From positions 78,560 through 142,559 of the forward strand of contig JACPAV010000019.1 in the NCBI GenBank assembly GCA_016180645.1: a stretch of 64,000 nt of DNA. Direction: 5' to 3'. This stretch comes from Nitrospirota bacterium. Lineage in GTDB: Bacteria; JACPQY01. Below the pieces are notes generated by a model that worked only from the letters and a program-made list of their open reading frames with translations, did not search any database and was not told the origin of the DNA. Positions 8,995-18,762 of this stretch are shown piece after piece (within the stretch, counting starts at the first letter, position 1; each line of letters starts with the position of its first letter). The position numbers and the translations under genes are program-made.

Positions 8995-10252
8995 GTTTCA
9001 CCACCGAGTAGGCATGATAAACGAAACCTTCCGCGTCGGCCAGTTCCGCCGCGCTCCTCGCCAGCCGATCGAAATCCGCTTCTTGCACCGAGATCAGATT
9101 CATTCGTCGGAGAAAGTCTTCGACTCCGAGCGGCGATGAAAACCTCGCGCTCCCGCCCGTGGGCAGGACATGACTCGGCCCCGCCACGTAATCTCCCAGA
9201 GCCACAGGCGACAGAGGACCGACGAATACGGCTCCTGCGGTGTGGATGCTCTGGACCATCGCCCCGGCCTCCCGTAATTGGATGTGGACGTGCTCCGGCG
9301 CCAGTCGATTCGTCAGATCCGCCGCCGCCTGCCCGTGGGACACCATCACCGCCGCACATCGCTCCCTGGCCTGGGTATCCATCGTTTTCAACTTCCGCTC
9401 TTTACCGAGCGCCCGGGCCACCCCGTCCGCCAGGGACCTGGACGCCGTGACCAAGACGGCCCTCGACCCCGGCCCATGCTCCGCCTGGGCCGCCAGATCG
9501 GCAGCGATCCACTCGGCGTTCACCGAGTCGTCGGCAATGACCACCAGCTCCGTCGGTCCCGCCGGCATGTCGATCCCAACACTCCCATACACCAGCCGCT
9601 TCGCGAGCGTGACGAATGCATTGCCGGGACCGACGATCTTGTCCACGCGCGGGATCGTTTCCGTTCCGTACGTCAAGGCGGCGATCGCCATGGGTCCACC
9701 CACCTGGAACAGGCGGTCCACCCCGGCCACCTCGCAGGCGGCCAGGACGGCCGGCGAAGGTCCACCCTTTCGCGGAGGCGTGACCACCACGATCTCCGGC
9801 ACCCCCGCCACCTTCGCGGGCACGGCGGTCATCAGCACGGTGGACGGATAGCCGTTCTTTCCGCCCGGCACATAAATCCCCACGCGCCGCAGAGGAACAA
9901 ACATCTTGCCGAAGTGGGAGTCGCCGTCTTTCCATATAGCGTTTACCGGAACCCCCTTGAGATGGAATTCCCGGATGCGCTCGGCCGCCACATTCAATGC
10001 GCGGCGCGTCTTCGATTCCAATTTGGCCGCCGCTCTTCCCCACTTCGCGCGGGGAACCTCAATCTCCGCCGGCCGCAGACGGATGCCGTCCAGCTTTTTC
10101 GACCACTCACCTATCGCCTTGTCGCCGCTCTTTTGCACGGCGTCCAGAATCGATTGCACACGCGCAGCGTCGGCACGCGAAACCACGGAGTCGGATTCGA
10201 GTTGCTGGGCGGCCCACTCTACGGGCCGGCGACCGAGTTCAATGACCTTCAT
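8948..10252 (-). CDS. hisD: Histidinol dehydrogenase
   Basis: GIYVPGG, YPSTVLM, KIVGPGNAFV, IDMPAGPTE, QAEH, APEH, GDYVAGPSHVLPT. Confidence 0.95.
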   Translation of the reverse strand: MKVIELGRRPVEWAAQQLESDSVVSRADAARVQSILDAVQKSGDKAIGEWSKKLDGIRLRPAEIEVPRAKWGRAAAKLESKTRRALNVAAERIREFHLKGVPVNAIWKDGDSHFGKMFVPLRRVGIYVPGGKNGYPSTVLMTAVPAKVAGVPEIVVVTPPRKGGPSPAVLAACEVAGVDRLFQVGGPMAIAALTYGTETIPRVDKIVGPGNAFVTLAKRLVYGSVGIDMPAGPTELVVIADDSVNAEWIAADLAAQAEHGPGSRAVLVTASRSLADGVARALGKERKLKTMDTQARERCAAVMVSHGQAAADLTNRLAPEHVHIQLREAGAMVQSIHTAGAVFVGPLSPVALGDYVAGPSHVLPTGGSARFSSPLGVEDFLRRMNLISVQEADFDRLARSAAELADAEGFVYHAYSVVKRVKDRKKSRISQTGS

Positions 10253-10935
10253 CGACCGACCGCCTTCTCAACGCGGGATAGCCAACGGTGGATTTCTTCA
10301 TATCGCAGCTTCGAGGCCGCTCGGTTGAGGATCACCCAGGTTGAGATGTCCTGGATCGTTTCGATTTCGGCCAGCCCGACGCTCCGAAGTGTGCTGCCCG
10401 TCTGCACGAGATCCACCACCGAATCCGCCAGCCCGAGGGATGGGGCCAGTTCGATGGAGCCGTAAAGCTCCACCACCTCGACCGTCCTCCCGTGGGACTC
10501 GAAGAATCGGGCAGTGAGCCGCGGGTACTTCGTTGCCACGCGAGAGCCCAATACGGATGAAGCGCGCGCGCCTCCGTTTCGCCCCATCCTCCCCGTTCGA
10601 TCCGCACCCCCCCTTGCGGACGGCCCGCACCAGACCAGCCGGCATCGACCCAGCCCCAGGTCCAGCGGCTCGTACACGTCCTTCTCCTGCTCCATCAGAA
10701 CGTCCTTCCCCACCATGCCGACATCACAGACGCCGTATTCCACGAAGGTGGGGATATCCCGGTCGCGAACGATGTAGAATTCCGTGCGGGAGGTGGGATC
10801 GGAAAAACGAAGGGCGCCCGCCGCCGCCGGCCTACCGGCCGCGCGGAATCCGGCCCGGACGAGGAGATCCAGGATCGGGTCCTGCACCTTCCCCTTGGGC
10901 AAAGCTACCTTCAGGAATGGAGTGTGCTTCCGCAT
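10249..10935 (-). CDS. hisG: ATP phosphoribosyltransferase, short form
   Basis: VALPKGK, DIPTFVEYG, VATKYP, GSIELAP, DLVQTGSTLR; no C-terminal regulatory domain. Confidence 0.93.
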   Translation of the reverse strand: MRKHTPFLKVALPKGKVQDPILDLLVRAGFRAAGRPAAAGALRFSDPTSRTEFYIVRDRDIPTFVEYGVCDVGMVGKDVLMEQEKDVYEPLDLGLGRCRLVWCGPSARGGADRTGRMGRNGGARASSVLGSRVATKYPRLTARFFESHGRTVEVVELYGSIELAPSLGLADSVVDLVQTGSTLRSVGLAEIETIQDISTWVILNRAASKLRYEEIHRWLSRVEKAVGR

Positions 10936-10949
10936 GGTCGCCTTTCGAA

Positions 10950-12206
10950 CTATGACACACGGTCAATGGTGGCACCCACGGCCTTCAATTTGTTTTCGAT
11001 TCTCTCATATCCCCGATCCAAATGGTACACGCGATGCACCGTGGTCGTTCCCTTCGCGATCAATCCCGCCAGGATGAGACACGCGCTCGCCCGAAGGTCC
11101 GTGGCCATGACCTCGGCCCCGACCAGCGAGGGCACGCCTTTCACCACCGCCTGGGCGCCCGTCACGGTGATGTGCGCCCCCATTCGTCGCAGCTCGCTGA
11201 CGTGGATGAAACGCTGCGGGAACACGCGCTCGGCAATAGTGCTCGAACTCTTCCCCACGGCCATCCAGGACATGAATTGCGCCTGCATATCCGTGGCAAA
11301 CGCCGGGTATGGATCCGTCGTGATGTCGACGCTATCCGGCCGGTCGATCCCGATCACACGGAGTCGCTTTTCACCCTCCTCGATTTGCCCGCCGGCCGCC
11401 GCGATTTTCTCCAGCAGCGCGGAGAGGTGAGACGGCCGACAATTCTCAAGAACCAGGTCGCCGCCGGTCATCGCCGCGGCCAGGGCGAACGTTCCGCTCT
11501 CGATCCGATCCGGAATAACGTCCCAATCCACCGGCTTCAGCGCCTGCACACCCTGAACACGAATCGTCGGGGTTCCCTCCCCTTCGATCCTGGCTCCCAT
11601 CGCTCGAAGCAGGCGGGCCAATTCCACAACTTCCGGCTCCCGGGCGGCGTTTTCCAAGACGCTCTCGCCCTCCGCAAGAACGGCAGCCATCAGGATGTTC
11701 TCCGCACCCGTCACGGTCGACACCGGAAATACGATTCTTGCCCCTCGCAGTTTCGCCGCTTTCGCGTGGATGTACCCCTCGACCAAATCTATCTCGGCCC
11801 CCAACTTTTTCAGCCCTTCGATGTGGAAGTCCACCGGCCGGCTTCCGATGGAGCAGCCACCCGGCAGCGAGACCCTGGCCCGCCCGAATCTCGCCATCAG
11901 CGGGCCGAGAACCAAGACCGACGCCCGCATCGTACGGACGAGATCGTAGAGCGCCTCGGGCTTATGGGTTCCCGTACCGTCCACGGTCATCACCCCGGCG
12001 TCGGTATCGTACTCACACGCCGCTCCCATGCTGGCCACCAGTTTCTGCATGGTCCTGACATCCGCCAAGTTCGGTACGTGGCTGAAGCGCTGCGGCCCCT
12101 CCGCCAGGAGCGCCGCCGCCATGCACGGGAGGGCGGAGTTTTTCGCGCCGCTGATCCGGACCGTTCCCTTGAGCGGACTCCCGCCCATCACTTTGATCTT
12201 ATCCAC
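10950..12206 (-). CDS. murA: UDP-N-acetylglucosamine 1-carboxyvinyltransferase
   Basis: GAKNSALP, MRASVLVLGPL, LPGGCSIGSRP, DRIESGT, TDLRASA, HLDRGYE. GTG 12206 chosen. Confidence 0.96.
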   Translation of the reverse strand: MDKIKVMGGSPLKGTVRISGAKNSALPCMAAALLAEGPQRFSHVPNLADVRTMQKLVASMGAACEYDTDAGVMTVDGTGTHKPEALYDLVRTMRASVLVLGPLMARFGRARVSLPGGCSIGSRPVDFHIEGLKKLGAEIDLVEGYIHAKAAKLRGARIVFPVSTVTGAENILMAAVLAEGESVLENAAREPEVVELARLLRAMGARIEGEGTPTIRVQGVQALKPVDWDVIPDRIESGTFALAAAMTGGDLVLENCRPSHLSALLEKIAAAGGQIEEGEKRLRVIGIDRPDSVDITTDPYPAFATDMQAQFMSWMAVGKSSSTIAERVFPQRFIHVSELRRMGAHITVTGAQAVVKGVPSLVGAEVMATDLRASACLILAGLIAKGTTTVHRVYHLDRGYERIENKLKAVGATIDRVS

Positions 12207-13092
12207 GCGGAGCCTCCATGGAACCCTTCCTCCCACAGACAATACGTTTCCGGCCCGCGAGGTCGCGGCGCACCTCCACGTCCTGCCAGCCGGAACGCGT
12301 GAACACCCGGCACACCTTGTCCGCTCGAAGGGGTGAAACTTCCATCATCAACCAGCCATCCGGACGCGTAACGTACTGGAGATCGGCCACGGATGCCAGA
12401 TAGAACCGCATCCCATCCGGGCCTCCATCCAATGCTTCACGGGGTTCGAACCGCACCTCGCGTTGAACCTTCCGCAGTTCATCCGATGTGAGATAGGGTG
12501 GATTAAACACCACGAGATCGAAGGCGCGCCGCAGCGCCACGCCTTCGGCCAGGTCGCCTCGCCATAGAGACACTCGTTCTTTCATCTCCAGTCGAACCGC
12601 ATTCCGAGCGGCCCAATCGATCGCCTGCCGCTCCCGGTCCATCCCGAAACCCCGCGAGTTGGAAAACTCCCTCAGCAGGCTGAGGATGAGCGCCCCCGAT
12701 CCCACTCCCAACTCCAGGATGTTTAGCCTCTCTCCGTTTCGGGTAGCCAGCTTCTCCACCGCTGTTTCCACCAGCAGTTCCGTCTCGGGTCGCGGCACCA
12801 AAACGCCCGGACCCACTAGGAACGAATCCTGCCAGAAGCCCCACTCGCCGAGCAGATATTGGATGGGATAGTGTGACCGTCGGCGACGAATCCATCGACG
12901 GTACCGAGCGGCATCCCGGCTCGGAACGGGCGCCTCGCAATTCATGATGAGCCACTCCTTTGAAACGCCCAATGCGGAGGCCAGGAGCAGTGTGGATTCC
13001 AAGCCGGCGGAGGAAATGTGGGACCGGCCGAGGCTCCGCTTCCCCTCCAGGAGAAGCGAACGTACGCTCGGCCTGCCTGCTCTCCGATTAAT
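12199..13092 (-). CDS. prmC: Release factor glutamine methyltransferase (start uncertain: TTG 13002 or ATT 13092)
   Basis: PIQYLLG, VLVPRPETELLVE, LGVGSG, NPPY, EPREALDGGPDG; located downstream of prfA. Confidence 0.9.
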   Translation of the reverse strand: MNRRAGRPSVRSLLLEGKRSLGRSHISSAGLESTLLLASALGVSKEWLIMNCEAPVPSRDAARYRRWIRRRRSHYPIQYLLGEWGFWQDSFLVGPGVLVPRPETELLVETAVEKLATRNGERLNILELGVGSGALILSLLREFSNSRGFGMDRERQAIDWAARNAVRLEMKERVSLWRGDLAEGVALRRAFDLVVFNPPYLTSDELRKVQREVRFEPREALDGGPDGMRFYLASVADLQYVTRPDGWLMMEVSPLRADKVCRVFTRSGWQDVEVRRDLAGRKRIVCGRKGSMEAPRG

Positions 13093-13558
13093 ACTGGATA
13101 TTGCCGAAGGTCAGGACTTCGTCCGCCTCACGGAGTCGTCCGCAAAGCTCCCGTACGAAGCCTTTGTACACCTTCACCGCCATATCCGAATCTTCCGCCA
13201 GCAGTCCGTGGAATTTATCGCCGGGGATTTGATAGATCTCGCAGTCCCTCTGCGCCAGGACGGAAGCGGACCGGGGATGGGCGTCCACCAGGCTGAGCTC
13301 GCCGAAGTGTTCGCCGGGCGCGAGCACCGTCAGAAACACCTCGTTGCCCTGTTCGCCTTTCTTCACCACCTTCACGTAGCCGGTGCGCACAATGAACATG
13401 GCCTGCCCCTGGCTGCCCTCTTCGACGATCTTCTCGGATTCCTTGTACCCGTGCTTCTCCGTGATCCCCGCAATTTTCTGAAACTCCTCCGGAGAGAGAT
13501 CTTTGAAGATCGAGACTTTCCTCAGGAATTCAATTTCGGCAAGATCGGCTTTTCCCAT
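13088..13558 (-). CDS. Stand-alone cyclic-nucleotide-binding domain protein
   Basis: FLRKVSIFKDLS, EEGSQGQAMFIVRTG, GEHFGELSLVDAHPRSASV; no HTH. Confidence 0.88.
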   Translation of the reverse strand: MGKADLAEIEFLRKVSIFKDLSPEEFQKIAGITEKHGYKESEKIVEEGSQGQAMFIVRTGYVKVVKKGEQGNEVFLTVLAPGEHFGELSLVDAHPRSASVLAQRDCEIYQIPGDKFHGLLAEDSDMAVKVYKGFVRELCGRLREADEVLTFGNIQY

Positions 13559-13575
13559 CGGTGGTCCTCCTCGTC

Positions 13576-14664
13576 TCAGGCGCGCGACAGCTCCTGGATT
13601 TGTTCTTCAACAACGCGATTCTGGTCGACTTCCATGAGCGGCACGATGATCTTTGCCATCTCACCATCCAGGAAAGTCTTGAGATCGTACAGGGTCAGCT
13701 TGATGCGGTGGTCGGTCACCCGGCTCTCCGGGAAATGATACGTCCGGATCTTCTCGCTCCGCTCCCCGGTCCCGACCTGCGACCGCCGCATCCGGCTGAT
13801 CTCGCTCTTCTGCTCCTGCTGCTTCAGATCGTACAGGCGGGCCATCAGAATCTTCATAGCACGGCCCTTGTTTTTATGCTGAGATTTCTCGTCCTGGCAG
13901 GTGACCACGATCCCCGTCGGCACGTGGGTCAGTCGGACGGCCGAATCGGTCTTGTTCACGTGCTGGCCGCCGGGTCCCGACGCCCGGAACGTATCCAGCC
14001 GCAATTCGCCCGGATCGATCTTCACTTCCACTTCATCCACTTCCGGGAGTACGGCCACGGTAACGGTCGAGGTGTGAATCCGTCCCTGCGACTCGGTGAC
14101 GGGCACACGTTGCACGCGATGCACGCCGCTTTCGTATTTCAAATGGGCATAGGCGCTTGCCCCCTCCACCGCGGCGATGACTTCCTTGTACCCTCCCTTG
14201 CCCGTGTCGCTGGCACTGAGCACTTCGAATTCCCAATCCCGAAGCGCGGAAAAGCGCTGATACATTCGAAGAAGATCCGCCGCAAATAGGGCCGCCTCCT
14301 CCCCTCCCGCTCCCGCGCGAATTTCCAGGATCACGCCCTTGTCGTGGCCCGATCCCCCCTCGTTGAGCATGGTGATGAGCCGGGATTCGAGGCTGCTCTT
14401 TTCGCGCGTGAGGTCTTCCCTCTCCTGGCGGGCGAGTACGGCCAGCTCGGTGTCGTTCTCCGCCAGGAGCTGCTCCACGCCCCGCAACTGTTCGTGGGTC
14501 TTCTTGAGCTTTCGGAAGATGTCGACCAGCTTCCCCAGGCGCGCGTACCGCTGGGTGAGCTGTTTGTATTCCCTGGGATTGACGACCGATTGCTGGTTCG
14601 AGAGCTGCCGGGCCAATTCTTCGTACCGCTCTTCCACACCGCCGAGCCGGCTGACCAGTTCCAT
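13576..14664 (-). CDS. prfA: Peptide chain release factor 1
   Basis: EIRAGAGGEEAALFA, ESGVHRVQRVPVTESQGRIHTS (PxT), GPGGQHVNKT; ATG 14664. Confidence 0.96.
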   Translation of the reverse strand: MELVSRLGGVEERYEELARQLSNQQSVVNPREYKQLTQRYARLGKLVDIFRKLKKTHEQLRGVEQLLAENDTELAVLARQEREDLTREKSSLESRLITMLNEGGSGHDKGVILEIRAGAGGEEAALFAADLLRMYQRFSALRDWEFEVLSASDTGKGGYKEVIAAVEGASAYAHLKYESGVHRVQRVPVTESQGRIHTSTVTVAVLPEVDEVEVKIDPGELRLDTFRASGPGGQHVNKTDSAVRLTHVPTGIVVTCQDEKSQHKNKGRAMKILMARLYDLKQQEQKSEISRMRRSQVGTGERSEKIRTYHFPESRVTDHRIKLTLYDLKTFLDGEMAKIIVPLMEVDQNRVVEEQIQELSRA

Positions 14665-14675
14665 GCGCCCTGGCC

Positions 14676-14876
14676 CTAGGAGCGCTTGTATTTCTTCCTG
14701 AATCTTTCGACTCGGCCCTCGGCATCGACCAGTTTCTGCTTCCCGGCGAAGAAGGGATGACAGGCCGAGCAGACGTCCACCTTGATCGACTTCATCGTCG
14801 ATCGCGTCTCGAACGTGTTCCCGCACGCGCACTGCACGGTACACACTTCGTACTTCGGATGGATGCCTGATTTCAT
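14676..14876 (-). CDS. rpmE: 50S ribosomal protein L31, Zn-binding type
   Basis: MKSGIHPKY...CACG...CSACHPFF...[10 protein letters not shown]. Confidence 0.96.
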   Translation of the reverse strand: MKSGIHPKYEVCTVQCACGNTFETRSTMKSIKVDVCSACHPFFAGKQKLVDAEGRVERFRKKYKRS

Positions 14877-14934
14877 CGGTGTGTTCTCTATCGTATTTTG
14901 CAGCGAAATTCAACGGGATCGGACCCCTTCGGGG

Positions 14935-16188
14935 TCACGCGTTCATCTTCTTCAGAAACTCCTCGTTGCTCTTGGTCTTGCGCATGTTCTCCACGAGGAA
15001 TTCCACCGCTTCCACGTTGCCCATGTTCTGCACGACCTTGCGGAGGATGTAGATTTTTGGGAGCCACTCCTTCGGGATGAGGAGATCCTCCTTGCGGGTC
15101 CCGGAGCGCCCGATCTCCAGCGCAGGATACACGCGCCGATCCGCCAGGCGCCGGTCCAGATGAAGCTCCATGTTGCCCGTGCCCTTGAACTCCTCGAAGA
15201 TCACCTCGTCCATCCGGCTCCCGGTGTCGATCAGCGCCGTGGCGATGATCGTGAGACTCCCGCCTTCCTCGATCGCGCGCGCCGCGCCGAAAAAGCGCTT
15301 CGGCTTCTCCAGCGCCGTGGCCTCGATACCCCCGGACATCACGCGTCCGCTGGACGGCGTGACGCTGTTATAGGCCCGCGCCGTCCGCGTGAGGCTGTCC
15401 AATAGAATGACCACGTGCCGTCCGTGCTCCACCAACCGCTTCGATTTCTCGAGCACCATCTCGATCACCTGCACGTGCCGGGAGGGCGGCTCATCGAAGG
15501 TGGAACTGACCACCTCACCCTTGACGTTCCGAATCATGTCCGTCACCTCTTCGGGGCGCTCGTCGATGAGCAGCACGATCAGATACACCTCGGGATGGTT
15601 CTTCGTGATGCTGTTGGCGATCTGCTGGAGGAGAATCGTTTTTCCCGTCCGCGGGGCGGCCACGATCAGCGCGCGCTGCCCCTTCCCGATCGGCACGAGC
15701 AGATCGAGGATCCGCATCGCCACGTGCTCCTGGGTGGTTTCCAGCTTCAGTTTCTCGAAGGGATGAAGCGGCGTGAGGTTGTCAAACATGACCTTTTCCT
15801 TGAGCCGCTCCGGTTCGTCGTTGTTGACTTTCTCGATCTTGACCAGCGCAAAATACTTTTCGCTGTCCTTCGGGGGGCGAATGACGCCGGACACGGTGTC
15901 GCCCGTGCGCAACGCAAACTTCTTGATCTGAGAGGGAGAAACGTAAATGTCGTCCGGGCCGGGAAGGTAACTGTAATCGGGCGCCCGGAGGAACCCGAAA
16001 CTCTCCGGCAGGACGTCCAGCACTCCCTCACCCATGATGTTCCCGTCCTCGCCGGCCCGCGATTGCGCGTTCAGGATCGAGAAAATGAGCTCCTGGCGGC
16101 GCATGTTGGCCGCGCCGTCGATGTTCAGTTTCTTCGCGAGGTTGACGAGCTCGCTGACTTTCTTAACTTTCAGTTCGTTGAGATGCAT
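14935..16188 (-). CDS. rho: Transcription termination factor Rho
   Basis: [54 protein letters not shown]. Confidence 0.97.
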   Translation of the reverse strand: MHLNELKVKKVSELVNLAKKLNIDGAANMRRQELIFSILNAQSRAGEDGNIMGEGVLDVLPESFGFLRAPDYSYLPGPDDIYVSPSQIKKFALRTGDTVSGVIRPPKDSEKYFALVKIEKVNNDEPERLKEKVMFDNLTPLHPFEKLKLETTQEHVAMRILDLLVPIGKGQRALIVAAPRTGKTILLQQIANSITKNHPEVYLIVLLIDERPEEVTDMIRNVKGEVVSSTFDEPPSRHVQVIEMVLEKSKRLVEHGRHVVILLDSLTRTARAYNSVTPSSGRVMSGGIEATALEKPKRFFGAARAIEEGGSLTIIATALIDTGSRMDEVIFEEFKGTGNMELHLDRRLADRRVYPALEIGRSGTRKEDLLIPKEWLPKIYILRKVVQNMGNVEAVEFLVENMRKTKSNEEFLKKMNA

Positions 16189-16228
16189 ACTCTCCCCCTA
16201 CGTTCCCGCGCATGTCATGCGAGGGATA

Positions 16229-16294
16229 ACGTAGCCGAGCCCAAAGCCCGGCTACAACACTGCCCCTCCGTAGCGGAGCCTTCAGGCTCCGCGA
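16229..16294. repeat. GTAG-type REP doublet in the rho leader
   Basis: GCCGAGCCCAAAGCCCGGCTAC ... GTAGCGGAGCCTTCAGGCTCCGCG. Confidence 0.65.
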
Positions 16295-16412
16295 GGTTTT
16301 CAGGACATCACGCAACATTTGTTACCCCGTGTTTGGGAAAGGCACATGGCATGAATTCAGAGTCCTCTGTGCAAGTGCTAGCTGTTCTTGTTCCTTGCGG
16401 TGAGCAAAATCC

Positions 16413-16441
16413 AATTTAGACAACCCCCTCCGGTTTGTCAA
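16413..16441 (-). promoter_or_regulatory. Sigma70-type promoter for rho
   Basis: Minus strand TTGACA-17 bp-TAAATT. Confidence 0.65.
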
Positions 16442-16464
16442 GCTCTCACTTTCGCGGATACAAT
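16435..16464 (+). promoter_or_regulatory. Divergent sigma70-type promoter, probably leaderless transcript
   Basis: TTGTCA-18 bp-TACAAT, 6 nt before ATG 16471; -35 overlaps the rho -35. Confidence 0.5.
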
Positions 16465-16470
16465 CCCACG

Positions 16471-18285
16471 ATGAGATTCATTCTGCTTCTGGTGACGCTC
16501 CTTCTTGCCGCGCCTCCGCTCCCGAGCCACGCCGACCGGCCGATCCCATGGTCCACCGATCCCGACGCCGCCCTCAAGCGCGCGCGTTTGGAACACAAAC
16601 CCATTCTGCTCAGCATGTCGCCGCCATGGTCGTATTGGAGCCGGCGGATGGAAACGGAAACCTTCACGGATGCCAAGGTCGTCCGGGCCGCAACCGAACG
16701 AAGCATCCCGCTGAAGCTCGATCCCGATCTCCGCCCGGATGTAGCCAGCCGCTATCTCAACCGTGGGTATCCGATCACCGCGTTCCTGACGGAGACCGGA
16801 CGCGTTATCGCCTCCGCCCAGACGATCGACAAGGATCACATGGTGCGCCTGCTGGATTCGCTCACCGATGTCTATCGCAACTATGCGGGGCCGATGCCCC
16901 CGCCCGGCGCGAAGACATCCTCGCCCTCGACTACTCCCCTCACCTCCAAGCAGGTCAAAGCCACCCTCGAAGAGTGGTTGAAAAAGGAATTCGATCGGGC
17001 CCACGGTGGATTCGGTCGCGGTGGAAAGAACCTCCCGATCGATGCCCTCGAATGGTCGCTCCACGAAGCCGGCACCACCCGCACGGCCGTTTTTGAAGAC
17101 ATGGCCCTCAAAACGTTGAACGGCATCCTGGGCGGAACGGTGTACGACCCGGCACAGGGCCGGTTCCGCCGGTCGTCCAAGGATGCCGATTGGAGCACCG
17201 CCTCCGCGGAAGTGCTCCTGGACGACCAAGCCAGAATGGGATGGCTTCTTTTTTTCGCCTACCAGGTGACCGACCGGAGCGCGTTCCTCGACGCCGGATT
17301 GAAGACCATCGGTTACATGCGGAACGATCTTTGGTCCCCCAAGCAAAAGTTATTCTCTTTTGGGCGAGCCGGAAAGACCGAGTCGGTTACCCGCCTAACC
17401 TCCACAGGCCCCGCCGGACCCCTCCTCCCGATGCTCCTCACCGGCTCCAACCTGCGGGCCGCTCGCGCGCTGATGTACGCTCACGTCTTCAAGCCCCAGG
17501 CCGGCTACTGGGATCAGGCCCGGGACGTCATTCAACGCATTCGGGCCGCCGCCCACACACCCGGCCAAGGAATCGTGAGGGAAATTCGGGCCGGCAAGGG
17601 AACAGGCATCCGATACCTGGAGGATCAGGTGGAATGGGCATCGAGCCTTCTGGATTTGTACCAGCTCACGGCGGATCCCGGCACACTCAAAGAGATCGAG
17701 GCATTTGTTGAGCAGGACATGGCCCAGTTCGTCGAGGGCGATCTCTTCGCGGATCTCCCCCGCGCCGACCGAAAAGGCCTCGTCTCCGACGCCCGTTTCC
17801 CCTTGGCGGAAAACGCCCGGATATTTCTCCTGCTCCAATCTCTCGCGGCCCTCACAGGGGAGTTCGAGTATCGCGACCGCGCCGATCGGCTCCTCCGCTC
17901 GCTCATCGCGGAATCGGGCCGGCTCCTCACGAGGGAGGGCGCGGTCGGCACCGAACTGGGGCTTCCCCTCGTCGCCCTCGCCATTCTCCGCCAACAACAG
18001 GAACCCTTCCACATCTCCATCCTGTCGCCGGCCGCCCATGCGGAAAGCCGCTCACTTCTCCAGAGAAGTCTCACCTGGCCTCGTCCCTTCACGCTCGTTC
18101 AGGCCCTGGATCCGTCCCGCCACCGCGCGCAGATCGAACGCCTCGGCTATGAAATCCCCACCCGGCCGGCCGCGTACGTGTGCCAGGGACTCGTCTGTCT
18201 CAGCATGGTGGAAACAGCCGACAAGCTCGATGCCTTCAGAAAAGAATTGACGCAACGCGCCATAGGACTACAATCGAAACCGTGA
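16471..18285 (+). CDS. Exported DUF255/YyaL-like protein (thioredoxin-like domain + alpha-toroid)
   Basis: Signal peptide MRFILLLVTLLLAAPPLPSHA; IPW...A...EHKPILL...METETF...DPDLRPDV...GYP; FDRAHGGFG; YLEDQ; AYVCQGLVC. Confidence 0.8.
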   Translation: MRFILLLVTLLLAAPPLPSHADRPIPWSTDPDAALKRARLEHKPILLSMSPPWSYWSRRMETETFTDAKVVRAATERSIPLKLDPDLRPDVASRYLNRGYPITAFLTETGRVIASAQTIDKDHMVRLLDSLTDVYRNYAGPMPPPGAKTSSPSTTPLTSKQVKATLEEWLKKEFDRAHGGFGRGGKNLPIDALEWSLHEAGTTRTAVFEDMALKTLNGILGGTVYDPAQGRFRRSSKDADWSTASAEVLLDDQARMGWLLFFAYQVTDRSAFLDAGLKTIGYMRNDLWSPKQKLFSFGRAGKTESVTRLTSTGPAGPLLPMLLTGSNLRAARALMYAHVFKPQAGYWDQARDVIQRIRAAAHTPGQGIVREIRAGKGTGIRYLEDQVEWASSLLDLYQLTADPGTLKEIEAFVEQDMAQFVEGDLFADLPRADRKGLVSDARFPLAENARIFLLLQSLAALTGEFEYRDRADRLLRSLIAESGRLLTREGAVGTELGLPLVALAILRQQQEPFHISILSPAAHAESRSLLQRSLTWPRPFTLVQALDPSRHRAQIERLGYEIPTRPAAYVCQGLVCLSMVETADKLDAFRKELTQRAIGLQSKP

Positions 18286-18659
18286 GCAAGCCCAATTCAT
18301 CCGTCAAACCCGTGCGGGTGCCCAAGCCATGGGGCCACGAACTGATTTTCGCGCGCACGCGCCGCTACGTGGGCAAGGTTCTGCACATTCGCAAGGGGCG
18401 CCGTCTTTCTCTCCAGTTCCACAAGAAGAAGGATGAGTCGATCCTCGTCGTGGATGGCAAGCTCCACTTGACGTACGGCCGGAATCCGAAGCGCCTGGCC
18501 ACGCGCGTTCTCAAACCCGGACAGACCTTTCACGTGACACCGCGACTCATTCACCGATTCCGCGCCCTTGAGACGTGTTCCCTGTTCGAGGTGTCGACCC
18601 CTGAGCTGTGGGACGTGGTGCGGCTCCAAGACGACTACGGCCGGGGCGGATCGGCATGA
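18282..18659 (+). CDS. Cupin protein (mannose-6-phosphate isomerase type II C-terminal-like)
   Basis: VPKPWGHE, LSLQFHKKKDE, HRFRA, EVSTPELWDVVRLQDDYGR; GTG overlaps upstream stop. Confidence 0.85.
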   Translation: MSKPNSSVKPVRVPKPWGHELIFARTRRYVGKVLHIRKGRRLSLQFHKKKDESILVVDGKLHLTYGRNPKRLATRVLKPGQTFHVTPRLIHRFRALETCSLFEVSTPELWDVVRLQDDYGRGGSA

Positions 18660-18762
18660 CTCTTCCTATCGCCGTCCTTGAAGCCCAGCGGCCGCTCCGG
18701 GCTCCTGCCCTCACGCGGCACTTCCTCCTTCCTGGAGGTCGGAAAGGGCGGGGTGAGTCAGC

